A stretch of 64,000 nt of DNA from Thermodesulfobacteriota bacterium (GCA_034716155.1 JAYEFR010000082.1:427-64426), one strand, 5' to 3'. Counted from the first letter of the stretch, positions 39,319 through 49,147 are shown. Numbers and translations are program-made. Notes: generated by a model from the letters alone, not told the origin.

Positions 39319-40503
39319 CTATTCACTATCTTCACCCAAAGAAGCCACCGCCCGTTTCAGCCCTGGCGCCGCACCTTCTATCGTAGCCTCATCCACGCAA
39401 TAGGCAAACCTGACATAGCCCTTGTATCCAAATCCTCTACCCGGGACTACAAGTATCTTTTCTTTTAGTAAGGCATTACTAAAGGCCAGGTCATCTGCTA
39501 TGGGAGACTTGACAAATAGATAAAACGCCCCTTCAGGGGGTGCATAGCTAAGGTCCATGTCATCTAATATAGACCTAAGCAGGTCCCTTCGCCTTTTATA
39601 TATGTCTATATCTACACTCAAGTGAATACACTGCCCCAAAACCCTTTGCATCAATGCAGGGGCATTTACAAAGCCAAGTATCCTGGTAGCCAGTATCAGG
39701 GCATCTATAAATCTATCTTTCTCAGCAATTCCAGCCCCTGCTGCAATATAGCCTATACGTTCACCAGCCAAAGAAAGCTCCTTAGAAAAAGATGTGACCA
39801 CCACTGATTTCGGCAAAATCTTTAATATTGATGGCACATGGAGATTGTCATATACAAGTCTTCTGTATGGCTCGTCTGAAATAACAAGGATGTCAGGATG
39901 GCCGGCCAGGACATCCTGTAGACCGGTAAGTATCTTTTCAGGATACACTCTCCCTGTCGGGTTGTTTGGTGAATTTATAATGATGGCCTTGGTACGTTCA
40001 GTAATCGCTTTCTTTATCTTTTCCAGATCAGGTAAGAAATCGGCATCGCACTCTACCGCCACAAGTACCCCGCCATGATTTTCAACATAAAATCCGTACT
40101 CCACAAAGTAAGGCGAAATGACCATTACTTCGTCACCAGGGGCTATTATAGATTTTAGAATAACATTTATCCCGCCTCCTGCTCCGCAACTCATCACAAT
40201 GTCATCAGGGCTAAGCTCTACCCTATAAAGGTTGGATGCATACCCTGCTACTGCCTTTCTCACCTGTGGATAACCTGCATTCGGCATATATCCATGGCCT
40301 GTATTAATATCAGAAGCGAGATCCCCCATAACATCAATGACCTTTTTAGGTGGAGGCACATCAGGATTGCCGAGGCTAAAGTCAAATACATTTTCCATTC
40401 CATATTCAGCCTTAAGCCTCGCACCTTCTTCAAACATCTTCCGAATCCAAGACGATGCCTTGGAATAGTCCATCATTTGCCTTGAAACTATCATGAGCCC
40501 TCC
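39319..40503 (-). CDS. Pyridoxal-phosphate-dependent aminotransferase, class I/II (aspartate/aromatic aminotransferase-like)
   Basis: ...NPTGRVY... and the fold-type I layout; AGGAGG RBS upstream of the preferred start. Confidence 0.8.
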   Translation of the reverse strand, partial: GGLMIVSRQMMDYSKASSWIRKMFEEGARLKAEYGMENVFDFSLGNPDVPPPKKVIDVMGDLASDINTGHGYMPNAGYPQVRKAVAGYASNLYRVELSPDDIVMSCGAGGGINVILKSIIAPGDEVMVISPYFVEYGFYVENHGGVLVAVECDADFLPDLEKIKKAITERTKAIIINSPNNPTGRVYPEKILTGLQDVLAGHPDILVISDEPYRRLVYDNLHVPSILKILPKSVVVTSFSKELSLAGERIGYIAAGAGIAEKDRFIDALILATRILGFVNAPALMQRVLGQCIHLSVDIDIYKRRRDLLRSILDDMDLSYAPPEGAFYLFVKSPIADDLAFSNALLKEKILVVPGRGFGYKGYVRFAYCVDEATIEGAAPGLKRAVASLGEDSE

Positions 40504-40600
40504 TAACAAGATATCATAGATCACACCGGATATATCAAAACCTTGCCATTATGTACAGATAGACTAAACATAAGATCCGTATGTACCGATATATGAAAGG

Positions 40601-41587
40601 ATGTCTTTTAAACCCATACCCATAGAGATCATGCAGTTAGATAAAAAAAAGGCGTTTGAACTGTATATCAGGATAGGAAACAGGTTTGTCCTCTTTGCCG
40701 GTTATGACCTTGCCTTTACAGAGGAGCACAAGGCCAAGCTGCTGGCCTCCGGGCTAAAGAGACTGTATGTAAAAGATACAGATGAAGAGTCCCTAACACT
40801 CTATACTGCAAAACATATGGACAAAATACTCTCAGACCCACATGTAGCGCCAAAGACAAAGGCAAAAATCTTTTATTCATCATCAACCTATACCATGGAA
40901 GAGGTATTCAAAGACCCGAGGGCAAAAACCATATCTGAAATGAAAAATACAATAAACCCCATGGTAAAACTCCTACTTGAAGACCAAGATGTAATGAAGA
41001 ATCTCCTTGTGCTGACCGAGCATGATTATTATACATACACACACTCAGTAAACGTAGGCATCTTCGCCACAGCCCTTGCTATCAAGCTATTTGAAAAAGA
41101 CATGGGGGAACATAATATGTATAACTTAGGTGCCGGATTCTTTCTTCATGACATAGGAAAATCAAAGATACCTTCCGAGATCTTAAATAAACCGGGTGCG
41201 CTCACAGAAAAAGAGTGGGATATTATAAAGAAACACCCAAGATGGGGTTATGAGGTCTTAATGGAGACCGGCGATATGACAGAGGAGGCGGCACATATCG
41301 TCTTAGAACATCATGAGAGGACCGATGGGAGTGGTTATCCCTCTGGTAAGGCAGGGGATGAGATACATATATATGCCAGGATATGTGCCATAGCAGATGC
41401 ATATGATGCCTTAACTACCAAGCGCAGTTATAAATCTGCAGAAAGGCCTTTTGATGCATTAAAGGTCATGCAGAAAGAGATGGCGCAAGAATTTGACCCG
41501 GAGTTTTTCGCCACTTTTGTAATGCTCTTTGCACCTTCAGAGTATAATGCCACTCATATGCCTGGCTCATCTGCCAGCCTTGTATGA
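40601..41587 (+). CDS. HD-GYP domain phosphodiesterase (c-di-GMP)
   Basis: HD motif ...FLHDIGKSKIP..., ...HHERTDGSGYP..., ...IADAYDALTTKRSYK... Confidence 0.8.
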   Translation: MSFKPIPIEIMQLDKKKAFELYIRIGNRFVLFAGYDLAFTEEHKAKLLASGLKRLYVKDTDEESLTLYTAKHMDKILSDPHVAPKTKAKIFYSSSTYTMEEVFKDPRAKTISEMKNTINPMVKLLLEDQDVMKNLLVLTEHDYYTYTHSVNVGIFATALAIKLFEKDMGEHNMYNLGAGFFLHDIGKSKIPSEILNKPGALTEKEWDIIKKHPRWGYEVLMETGDMTEEAAHIVLEHHERTDGSGYPSGKAGDEIHIYARICAIADAYDALTTKRSYKSAERPFDALKVMQKEMAQEFDPEFFATFVMLFAPSEYNATHMPGSSASLV

Positions 41588-41617
41588 ACATGTATAAGAT
41601 GGTATCTTAATTGTATT

Positions 41618-41890
41618 ATGAAAGGGATTACTCAAGAAAAAATCAATTGGGCAAGAAAAATCCTTGGCTTGGATGATATTGCCACATATAAAGAGGTGAT
41701 GCTTACATGGAGAACCTCTATAAAAAAGATGCATCCGGATAAAGGTGGAGATAATGATAAAACAAGAGAGATTACCGAGGCAAAGGACATATTAGTTAAA
41801 TTCATAGAGAACTGTCCGTGTAGATTAATTCTAGAAGACAAATCTGACTGGTGGAATAGACGTTTTGGAAGACTTTGGGAAGAGGATTAA
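41618..41890 (+). CDS. Small J-domain (DnaJ-like) protein
   Basis: 90 aa with ...YKEVMLTWRTSIKKMHPDKGGDND... (HPD motif). Confidence 0.65.
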   Translation: MKGITQEKINWARKILGLDDIATYKEVMLTWRTSIKKMHPDKGGDNDKTREITEAKDILVKFIENCPCRLILEDKSDWWNRRFGRLWEED

Positions 41891-43766
41891 AAGGCCGGCA
41901 CATCCAAGAGCTCTCTTCTTGGTTATACTTGCTGCATTAATATTTGGTATCTACTATAATACCCTCGATAATGCCCCAACCAACTGGGATGATCCAGCAC
42001 TCTTTAGCAGACCCACCATCCACAAGATATCCATTGATAACCTAAAAGAAGTCCTGTCCTTCCATCCAGGCTCTACATACCAACCGATTAGGGATATATC
42101 ATATATGATAGACTTTAGCCTTTGGAAAAATAAGGCTGTCTTCGGCATGCATCTGCACAGCATGCTCCTCTATTATCTAATGATAGTTTTTTGCTGGGTC
42201 TTCCTTTTGAAACTGCTGCAAGCCTTTGGTATCGAAGAGGAAAAGGCCTTCCTATGGGCAGTATTATCATCTCTCATATTTGCCGTGCACCCTGTACATG
42301 TGGAGAGTGTGACATGGTTATATGCAAGAAAAGAACCTCTGCTTGGTATCTTTACGTTTTTGAGTCTGATATCGTTTTTAAAGGCAATATCCGGTAGAAA
42401 AAGACATTATATCCTCAGCATTGTCTTCCTTATTCTGGGAGCCCTCTCCAAACCCACCGCCTTGATGATCCCTTTAATAATGTTTGGTATTGACTTATGC
42501 CTTTATGTAAAAGACAAAGGAACGTCATACTGGAAAAAAAGGCTCCTTGTATATATCCCTCTAGTAATCATTGTAGCCCCCATGATGTTCAGGCTCATAT
42601 CCATGATGTCTGCAGTTGGTGGCATAAAACCCTACCATGGCGGCTCATTTGGGACCAATCTGCTGGCTGTATCTCAAATCCTGGCAAGTTATATCAAGCT
42701 TATCTCCCTAACCATCAATTATGCAGCTGACTATCCTATAAGGCTTTATGCAGATCCCCACCTATGGCAGGCATGGGTTTTTGTAGTGGTAAATATCTTC
42801 TTTATTGCCTCTGGTGTATGGGCATTCTTTAAAGGTAGGTATATATATCCCATCTTTGTGGGTTGGTATTATATATTTTTGCTGCCCGTATCACATATCT
42901 TTCCTATATCTCAAATACTGACAGATAGGTATGCACTGCTTCCCTCTTTGACCTGGTGTGTATTTATAGCCTATATCCTTAGCAAACTGTGGGATATACG
43001 TATAAATGTATGGAGGCTGTCACCGGACTTGCTAAGGCTTGTCTCTATTGCTTTGCTATCCATAATTATATGTTCATACAGTGCGATGACTATAAGGCAA
43101 AATGGCATCTGGCAAAATTCACTTTCACTGTGGGAAGACACCCTGGCAAAATACCCAAATTCAAGTCCTGCCAATGTAAATCTTTCTGTCTTATACATAA
43201 AACTGGGGAGATACAAAGAAGCTCAAGAACTTTGCGTAAATGCAATCAAAGAGCTCCCTTATGATTATCTGGCCATAAGCAATCTGGCGCTTGCTCAAAT
43301 GATGATGGAACAATACGATAACGCCATACATAACTACAAACAGGCGCTAAAACTAAAGCATGATCTCTCCAAGGCAAAATTGGGGCTGGCTAATGCCTAC
43401 TGGAAAGAAAGAGACTTTATAAATGTATATCAAGTATACAAAAATATAACCACCTCTTGTAATGTAAACAGAGCAAGATATGGCGCCCTTATCTATTACA
43501 GGCTTGGCTTTAGTGCATGGAAATTAAATAAAAAAGAACAGGCATTAATATATTACAAAAAGGCGAGCGTTCCGTCTTCCTGTCCACCCGTAGTCTTAAA
43601 AGACCTGGCAGATGCCTACACAAGCATGGGCGAAGTGCCTGAGGCACTAGAATGCTATAAAAGGGTATTAAAGACTGAAACAAACAAAAAACTAAAGAGT
43701 TATGCAAAGGACCGGATAAAGATGCTTTCTCATAAACACCCATACCTGCAAGGCTCTCACAACTAA
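41865..43766 (+). CDS. Polytopic membrane protein with C-terminal TPR repeats (TMTC/PMT-like putative glycosyltransferase, DUF1736-type)
   Basis: N-terminal ...YYNTLDNAPTNWDD..., ~10 TM segments, then a TPR-rich C-terminus. The start overlaps the J-domain gene by ~26 nt and may lie further downstream. Confidence 0.6.
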   Translation: MEDFGKRIKRPAHPRALFLVILAALIFGIYYNTLDNAPTNWDDPALFSRPTIHKISIDNLKEVLSFHPGSTYQPIRDISYMIDFSLWKNKAVFGMHLHSMLLYYLMIVFCWVFLLKLLQAFGIEEEKAFLWAVLSSLIFAVHPVHVESVTWLYARKEPLLGIFTFLSLISFLKAISGRKRHYILSIVFLILGALSKPTALMIPLIMFGIDLCLYVKDKGTSYWKKRLLVYIPLVIIVAPMMFRLISMMSAVGGIKPYHGGSFGTNLLAVSQILASYIKLISLTINYAADYPIRLYADPHLWQAWVFVVVNIFFIASGVWAFFKGRYIYPIFVGWYYIFLLPVSHIFPISQILTDRYALLPSLTWCVFIAYILSKLWDIRINVWRLSPDLLRLVSIALLSIIICSYSAMTIRQNGIWQNSLSLWEDTLAKYPNSSPANVNLSVLYIKLGRYKEAQELCVNAIKELPYDYLAISNLALAQMMMEQYDNAIHNYKQALKLKHDLSKAKLGLANAYWKERDFINVYQVYKNITTSCNVNRARYGALIYYRLGFSAWKLNKKEQALIYYKKASVPSSCPPVVLKDLADAYTSMGEVPEALECYKRVLKTETNKKLKSYAKDRIKMLSHKHPYLQGSHN

Positions 43767-43932
43767 GGATGAAAATATATCTAGCCCTGAGTGGTTTTTT
43801 AGTTTTGTACATATACTTGTCAGTAGTCCATTGCTCGTTGTCCGTTGTAAAACCTTCAGATATAATTATCACCTCCCAATATACCACTGACAACTAACTA
43901 CGGACAACGGACGAGTATTTTTTATATAAACA
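43765..43932 (+). repeat. Intergenic repeat family B, copy 1 (MITE/REP-like, begins right after the TPR gene stop)
   Basis: AAGGATGAAAATATATCTAGCCCTGAGTGG...CTTGTCAGTAGTCCATTGCTCGTTGTCCGTTGT...CCACTGACAACTAACTACGGACAACGGACGAGTATTTTTTATATAAACA. Confidence 0.65.
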
Positions 43933-43935
43933 TAC

Positions 43936-45486
43936 CTAGAGCCCAGACCCGGGCTTAAATTTCGAGGTAACAGCAAGCAAGGCATATACGCGATTGGACT
44001 TAAAACTACTCTTTACCCCTATATCCATACGGCCCTTTAACTCTTTAATCAGATCACCCAAATCCTTTGTGGATACAGCCAAATAAAAGCTGTTGCCAAA
44101 GGGGACCACATCTCTGCTTACTATTGCCGGAGATGCCCCTACATATCCCAGGTAGCCCCTCATATACATATCATCTTCAAACACCAAAAGGGGCAGGCCT
44201 GATATCTCTTTTATATATTGCTCAGGGTTATATACGATGTCCTTTGCAGGTAGCATTATGAAGGAGTATGCCCAGCATACGACAATAACAGAGAGGACCT
44301 CTAAAAATACGGCCAGAGCCAATCGGTTCCTGTGAATTAGCCACGCAAGACAAATAGCAATAGAACCAAGGACCCCTATGGCTATGCCTTGCTTTATATA
44401 TAGAGAGCTATCTGTATCAGTGCAGATAATAGCTATCACTCCTGCTGCAAGGATAATAAGACCGGCAGATATAACAGCCCATCTTTTAACCTTAAGGATA
44501 CGAGAAACACCTTTAAGGCCTGTAGCGACCCAGTAACCTATAAGTATCCCAATAAATGGCACAGCAAGGACAGCATAGCCTGGCTCACAATGCTGAGAAA
44601 ACCACAGTATCGCAAGACTTACTACAAGTGCAATCTTCGAAGGTAAGAGCTTCTTCCATGCGCCGTCCTCATCTGGTTTTATTTCATAGGCCCATGCCGG
44701 TATTACGAGGGGAAACCACGGCAGGCCAAATTTAATGAGCGCCCATGAACTTTTGAAAAACCCCATATCAAGGCCGTGAGATAATGCCCCAGATACAAAA
44801 GAAGGCCCTCCGGCAATTCTATATACAAGGTAAAACCCTAACAGAACCACGCAGAATATAAAGACACCTGTGATAGGCATTATACCTAAGAATCTGCCAG
44901 GGGCCAGATCGATCAGGATTAGGAATATTACGCTAAAGACTACGAATGCCAGCATAGTCCAGCCACCCGTAATAGTGGCAAGGCAGACCATGATGTATGA
45001 AGGTATATACCACACAGGCTTTACACCTTTCAGGTATGCTGTAAAAAACATCATGAGCGCAACTATAGAACATGTGCAAGGGATGGCCGACACATTTAAT
45101 GACGAATACGTAATTAAAAAGCCATAGCTGGTAGCAGTAAAGAGGGAAGACCACAAAGCTGTCCAGGTATTCCAGAGCACAAGACAAAAGATAAAGACAC
45201 TCCCCGCGACTATGAGGCCTAATAAGATGGCAACAAATCTGAAAACAAGTATGTTATCTCCAGGAATAAGGGATAGTAAAATAATATTTACAGGGTTTTG
45301 ATCAGAAAGGATCTGTCCATTTAACTCCGGCACCAGGGGAAAAACCCCGTGTAACTCTCTAATTACCTCCAAGAGCCATATCTCCTGGCCTTGCCATAAA
45401 CCATGGTTAAGGATAAGGGGAACCATACATACAAGACAAACGGCACACACTCCAATAAGTATCATAAGGTTCTTTAAGCCCCTCAC
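43936..45486 (-). CDS. Polytopic membrane protein, putative GT-C-fold glycosyltransferase (ArnT/PMT-like)
   Basis: 516 aa with 12+ TM segments; only weak resemblance to the 4-amino-arabinose/mannosyltransferase family, so the call is tentative. Confidence 0.45.
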   Translation of the reverse strand: MRGLKNLMILIGVCAVCLVCMVPLILNHGLWQGQEIWLLEVIRELHGVFPLVPELNGQILSDQNPVNIILLSLIPGDNILVFRFVAILLGLIVAGSVFIFCLVLWNTWTALWSSLFTATSYGFLITYSSLNVSAIPCTCSIVALMMFFTAYLKGVKPVWYIPSYIMVCLATITGGWTMLAFVVFSVIFLILIDLAPGRFLGIMPITGVFIFCVVLLGFYLVYRIAGGPSFVSGALSHGLDMGFFKSSWALIKFGLPWFPLVIPAWAYEIKPDEDGAWKKLLPSKIALVVSLAILWFSQHCEPGYAVLAVPFIGILIGYWVATGLKGVSRILKVKRWAVISAGLIILAAGVIAIICTDTDSSLYIKQGIAIGVLGSIAICLAWLIHRNRLALAVFLEVLSVIVVCWAYSFIMLPAKDIVYNPEQYIKEISGLPLLVFEDDMYMRGYLGYVGASPAIVSRDVVPFGNSFYLAVSTKDLGDLIKELKGRMDIGVKSSFKSNRVYALLAVTSKFKPGSGL

Positions 45487-45628
45487 AAAATCATCCTCCC
45501 AATATTACAAGGATTTACCTGCTCGTCATAACGGTGTCAAGCTCAACAATCAAATATTTTCTAAGGGCTTGACTTAAAGGAGACACAGAAATAATATACC
45601 CGCCAATAAATTATGGTGGAGGGAATAA

Positions 45629-46405
45629 ATGGCATCCATAGAAGAAATCCTTAAACAAAAAGGAACCCCTAGACCAAAAATCAGCCTCCGTTCTGATGGA
45701 AGAAAGCCGGAAGAAATGAGGTATGTGCATTTGACCCGCAATTATCTTAAAACCGCCCCTGGGTCTTGCCTTATAGAGGTAGGAGATACAAAGGTAGTAT
45801 GTGCAGCAAATATAGAAGAGAGGGTGCCACCTCGCCTGAAAAATACTGGGACAGGGTGGATAACAGCGGAATATAGCATGCTCCCTGCCTCAACATCCCC
45901 ACGTTCTGTAAGGGAGGCATCTCGAGGTAGGATGAAGGGAAGAACACATGAAATCCAGAGACTCATAGGAAGAGCATTAAGGGCAGCAGTGAATCTTCAA
46001 CTCCTGGGGGAAAGAACCATTTTACTGGATTGTGACGTAATACAGGCAGATGGGGGGACAAGAACTGCATCTATCACGGGTGCATACGTGGCTCTTTATG
46101 ACGCCATTTCGTGGATACTCAAAAATAGCATGATAGCCAAAAACCCTATCCATGATCAGGTAGCTGCCATCTCCGTTGGTATAGTAGAAGAAGATCTCCT
46201 CTTAGACCTTAACTATGAAGAAGACTCAAAAGCAGATGTGGATATGAATGTAGTTATGACAGGAAAAGATTATATTATAGAGGTACAGTGTACTGCTGAA
46301 GGCAGGCCCTTTTCAAAAGAACAGATGGAAACACTTATCGGAATCGCACAAGAAGGGATTCACAAACTCATACAAAAACAGTTGAATATACTTGGTCTGA
46401 AATGA
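45629..46405 (+). CDS. rph: Ribonuclease PH
   Basis: ...[11 protein letters not shown]...[12 protein letters not shown]...[20 protein letters not shown]... are canonical RNase PH motifs. Confidence 0.9.
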   Translation: MASIEEILKQKGTPRPKISLRSDGRKPEEMRYVHLTRNYLKTAPGSCLIEVGDTKVVCAANIEERVPPRLKNTGTGWITAEYSMLPASTSPRSVREASRGRMKGRTHEIQRLIGRALRAAVNLQLLGERTILLDCDVIQADGGTRTASITGAYVALYDAISWILKNSMIAKNPIHDQVAAISVGIVEEDLLLDLNYEEDSKADVDMNVVMTGKDYIIEVQCTAEGRPFSKEQMETLIGIAQEGIHKLIQKQLNILGLK

Positions 46406-46992
46406 AGGTCTTGCTTGCCACCACAAACCAGAAAAAGATACAAGAAATTTCAGACATCCTTTCCGATACAACAATCACTATAATAACACCTGACGATATG
46501 GATATGTTTATGACTGTGAAAGAAGATGGATCAACCTTCAAAGAAAATGCAATCAAAAAGGCCACTGCCTGGGCAGAAGCCTCAGGAATGAATGCACTGG
46601 CTGATGATTCCGGTCTATGTCTTACAGCCCTTGGCGGGAGGCCCGGGGTGAAGTCTGCACGCTTTGCCGGAGAGAATGCGACTGATGAAGATAACTGGAG
46701 ATTATTGCTCAAGTGTATGAAGGGTATAAAAGACAGAGGGGCAAAATTTATATGCGTGGTAGCACTGGCTATGCCTGATAGTAATGTAATAACAGCACAA
46801 GGGGTCTACCCCGGTTTTATCCTGGACAAACCTGCGGGCACTAGTGGTTTTGGATATGACCCTGTCTTTTTCGATCCTGAAACAAAAAAGACCTTTGCAC
46901 AACTATCTCCTGAGGGCAAAAATCAGCGCAGCCACAGAACAAGGGCACTTCTGGCACTCAAAAGGCGCCTTAAGGAGTTAAAATATATATAA
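46402..46992 (+). CDS. rdgB: Non-canonical purine NTP pyrophosphatase (RdgB/HAM1, dITP/XTP)
   Basis: [16 protein letters not shown]..., ...GFGYDPVF...; its start overlaps the rph stop (ATGA). Confidence 0.85.
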   Translation: MKVLLATTNQKKIQEISDILSDTTITIITPDDMDMFMTVKEDGSTFKENAIKKATAWAEASGMNALADDSGLCLTALGGRPGVKSARFAGENATDEDNWRLLLKCMKGIKDRGAKFICVVALAMPDSNVITAQGVYPGFILDKPAGTSGFGYDPVFFDPETKKTFAQLSPEGKNQRSHRTRALLALKRRLKELKYI

Positions 46993-47003
46993 CCCATCAA
47001 CTG

Positions 47004-47226
47004 TTTGTATGAAAATAGGGGTCGGGGATCAGGGGTCGGTTTTCAGGGATGAATGTTTTTCTCATCCCGAAAATATTTTCATCGTTAGTTGTGGCCGGTA
47101 GGCCATGGCAGTTTATATGAAAAAGAAGTCAGGAGTCAGAATTCAGAAGTTAGGATACACGTAATAATCCAATCGGAAGCATTCCGGATTCTGGATACTT
47201 TTTCATGCTTCGTTTATATGAAAATA
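47004..47226 (+). repeat. Intergenic repeat family A, copy 3 (most complete: X+Y+Z modules)
   Basis: TGTATGAAAATAGGGGTCGGGGATCAGGGGTCGGTTTTCAGGGATGAATGTTTTTCTCATCC...GTTTATATGAAAAAGAAGTCAGGAGTCAGAATTCAGAAGTTAGGATACACGTAATAATCCAATCGGAAGCATTCCGGATTCTGGAT...CGTTTATATGAAAATAGC. Confidence 0.65.
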
Positions 47227-47593
47227 GCAATCAGCATTAAATCAAAATAAAAAAATTTAGTGCTTACATAGAAAACATGAGTGAATATCTAGGTTTTCTA
47301 TCAGAGGGGGTCGAATTTTAAAGGAAAAGTTAGATTTAGCAAATTATGAGTTGTCTACAAAATGTAGAAAACCTTAGAATATGAGCTTATGACAATGTAA
47401 ATCAATATTATGTGGAATACCATAAAAAGTTTAGCGATCTTAGTGCATTAACTTTTGTATCTCTCTATTAAGGGGAATTTTTTATTTGGTGCTAAATGAC
47501 GAAAATCGACCGAGTCGAAGATTGACGTCATCTTGTGAAAGTAAGATACATGGCAACATATACTGTGGTAAACAAATTTTATATGGGGGGCAT

Positions 47594-48940
47594 ATGAACA
47601 AACAACCAGGTCTTGGACATATAAAAGACTTAATACAGACAAAAGTAAAAAATCCCTCAGAAAAACCGCTGATAGATCAAATGGATATCTGCATACAGGA
47701 TGGGTCTGCTATGGTATATTGCCCAAGCCCTTTTGTTCTCAATTATATACATCAACATCACAAAGACATTATTATAAATGAGATACAAAAACTCCTTGGT
47801 AAATCTGCGGACATAGAATTCTCTGTGCGCTCTAATAAAGGCTCCAATAAAAAGTCATCTTCTATAAACAAGCCCATACAAATGGTTCTCCCCTCTGCTG
47901 CTAAGCCCTCACCTGTACGAGGGCTCAATCCAAAATTTACATTTGAGGAATTTGTGGTTGGTAAGTGTAATGCCTTTGCATATGAGGCAGCAATGGCGGT
48001 GTCTGACGAGGCTCTAAGCAAATACAGTCCATTATACTTCTATTCGGATACAGGCCTTGGGAAGAGTCATATTGCGCACGCTATTGGGAATAAGGTGATA
48101 AAGTCCGAGGCAAATATTACGGTAAGGTATACCACAGCTCAAGATTTCTCCGCAGAATATGTGTATTCTGTTAGAAATAATCGTATTGATCAATTCAAAC
48201 GCACGTATAGTAGCAAGTGTGATGTCTTTTTTATTGATGATGTACATCTATTCAAAAACAAAGAAAAGACTCAAATGGAGCTAAGCTATATACTAGATGA
48301 ATTTATGAGTAATGATAAACAGGTTGTCCTTTCGGGATTCAGACCTCCGGCATCAATCCCCTATATGGATAAAGGCCTAAAATCAAGATTTTCTTCTGGA
48401 TTGGTAATAGATATAAAGAGGCCTGACAGACAAACCAGGGCCAATATTGTAAGACGTAAGGCATCAAAAGAGGGTATATCTCTTCCGGATGATATAGTAG
48501 GCTTTATTAGCGAGAATATAAAGAATAATATCAGAGAACTAGAAAGTGCAGTGCTGACCGTATCTGCTATGAGTTCTTTGATGAAAAGAGAAATCACATT
48601 GGATATGGTAAAAGAACTCCTGGAAGGAACACTTGAAAGGCGGGAAAGGATATCCATCCCGTTTATCCAGGGATTTGTGGCAAAAAACTTTGGGATCTCA
48701 AAGGAGCAATTAATCTCCCCGTCAAGAAAGAAAGGGATTGTATATCCAAGGCAAGTCGCAATATTTCTATGCAGGCACTACACAAAAGAGCCCTTACAGG
48801 TTATCGGCCAGACCTTTTCCAGAAGGCATTCCTCTATTATACACTCTCTAGAGGTAATCGATGAAATGTACACCGGAAATTTGAAGACAAAAAGAGAGAT
48901 CGATTTCCTTATGGAAACATTAGAAAATGCCGTACTCTAA
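47594..48940 (+). CDS. dnaA: Chromosomal replication initiator protein DnaA
   Basis: Domain III NPKFTFEEFVVGKCN, Walker A GDTGLGKSHIAHAIGN, Walker B-like DVFFIDDVH, sensor IRELESAV; domain IV ...YPRQVAIFLCRHYTKEPLQVIGQTFSRRHSS.... Start preferred at MNKQPGLGHIKDL (47594, G-run RBS); the 36-codon extension to 47486 looks non-coding. Confidence 0.9.
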   Translation: MNKQPGLGHIKDLIQTKVKNPSEKPLIDQMDICIQDGSAMVYCPSPFVLNYIHQHHKDIIINEIQKLLGKSADIEFSVRSNKGSNKKSSSINKPIQMVLPSAAKPSPVRGLNPKFTFEEFVVGKCNAFAYEAAMAVSDEALSKYSPLYFYSDTGLGKSHIAHAIGNKVIKSEANITVRYTTAQDFSAEYVYSVRNNRIDQFKRTYSSKCDVFFIDDVHLFKNKEKTQMELSYILDEFMSNDKQVVLSGFRPPASIPYMDKGLKSRFSSGLVIDIKRPDRQTRANIVRRKASKEGISLPDDIVGFISENIKNNIRELESAVLTVSAMSSLMKREITLDMVKELLEGTLERRERISIPFIQGFVAKNFGISKEQLISPSRKKGIVYPRQVAIFLCRHYTKEPLQVIGQTFSRRHSSIIHSLEVIDEMYTGNLKTKREIDFLMETLENAVL

Positions 48941-48943
48941 GGC

Positions 48944-49122
48944 CTTTATATGAAAATACTTGTCCGTTGTCCGTGGTTAGTTGTCAGTGGTATATTGGAA
49001 GGAGATCATCCTATTTGGAGGGTTTATTACAACGGACAACGAGCAAAAAAACTACTGACAGGTATAAGTACAGAACTAAACGATCGCTCAGGGCAAAATA
49101 CATTTTCATTCTTCGTTGTGTC
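48944..49122 (-). repeat. Intergenic repeat family B, copy 2 (inverted relative to copy 1; begins right after the dnaA stop)
   Basis: Its reverse complement aligns base-for-base with 43765-43932, including the GTCCGTTGTCCG and TTGTCAGT cores and TTTATATGAAAATAC at one end. Confidence 0.65.
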
Positions 49123-49147
49123 CAAAAGGACATGCAGGTTAGATTAG

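Noticed and set aside
43770-43910. 46-aa ORF MKIYLALSGFLVLYIYLSVVHCSL... preceded by AAGGA
   Set aside because: It lies entirely within repeat B1, the AAGG abuts the ATG (no spacer), and the same AAGGATGAAAATATAT string recurs at 1679 as part of the repeat.
47486-47593. N-terminal 36-codon extension of dnaA in the ORF track
   Set aside because: The extension (MVLNDENRPSRRLTSSCESKIHGNIYCGKQILYGGH) precedes an internal ATG with a G-rich RBS, from which a conventional DnaA domain I begins.
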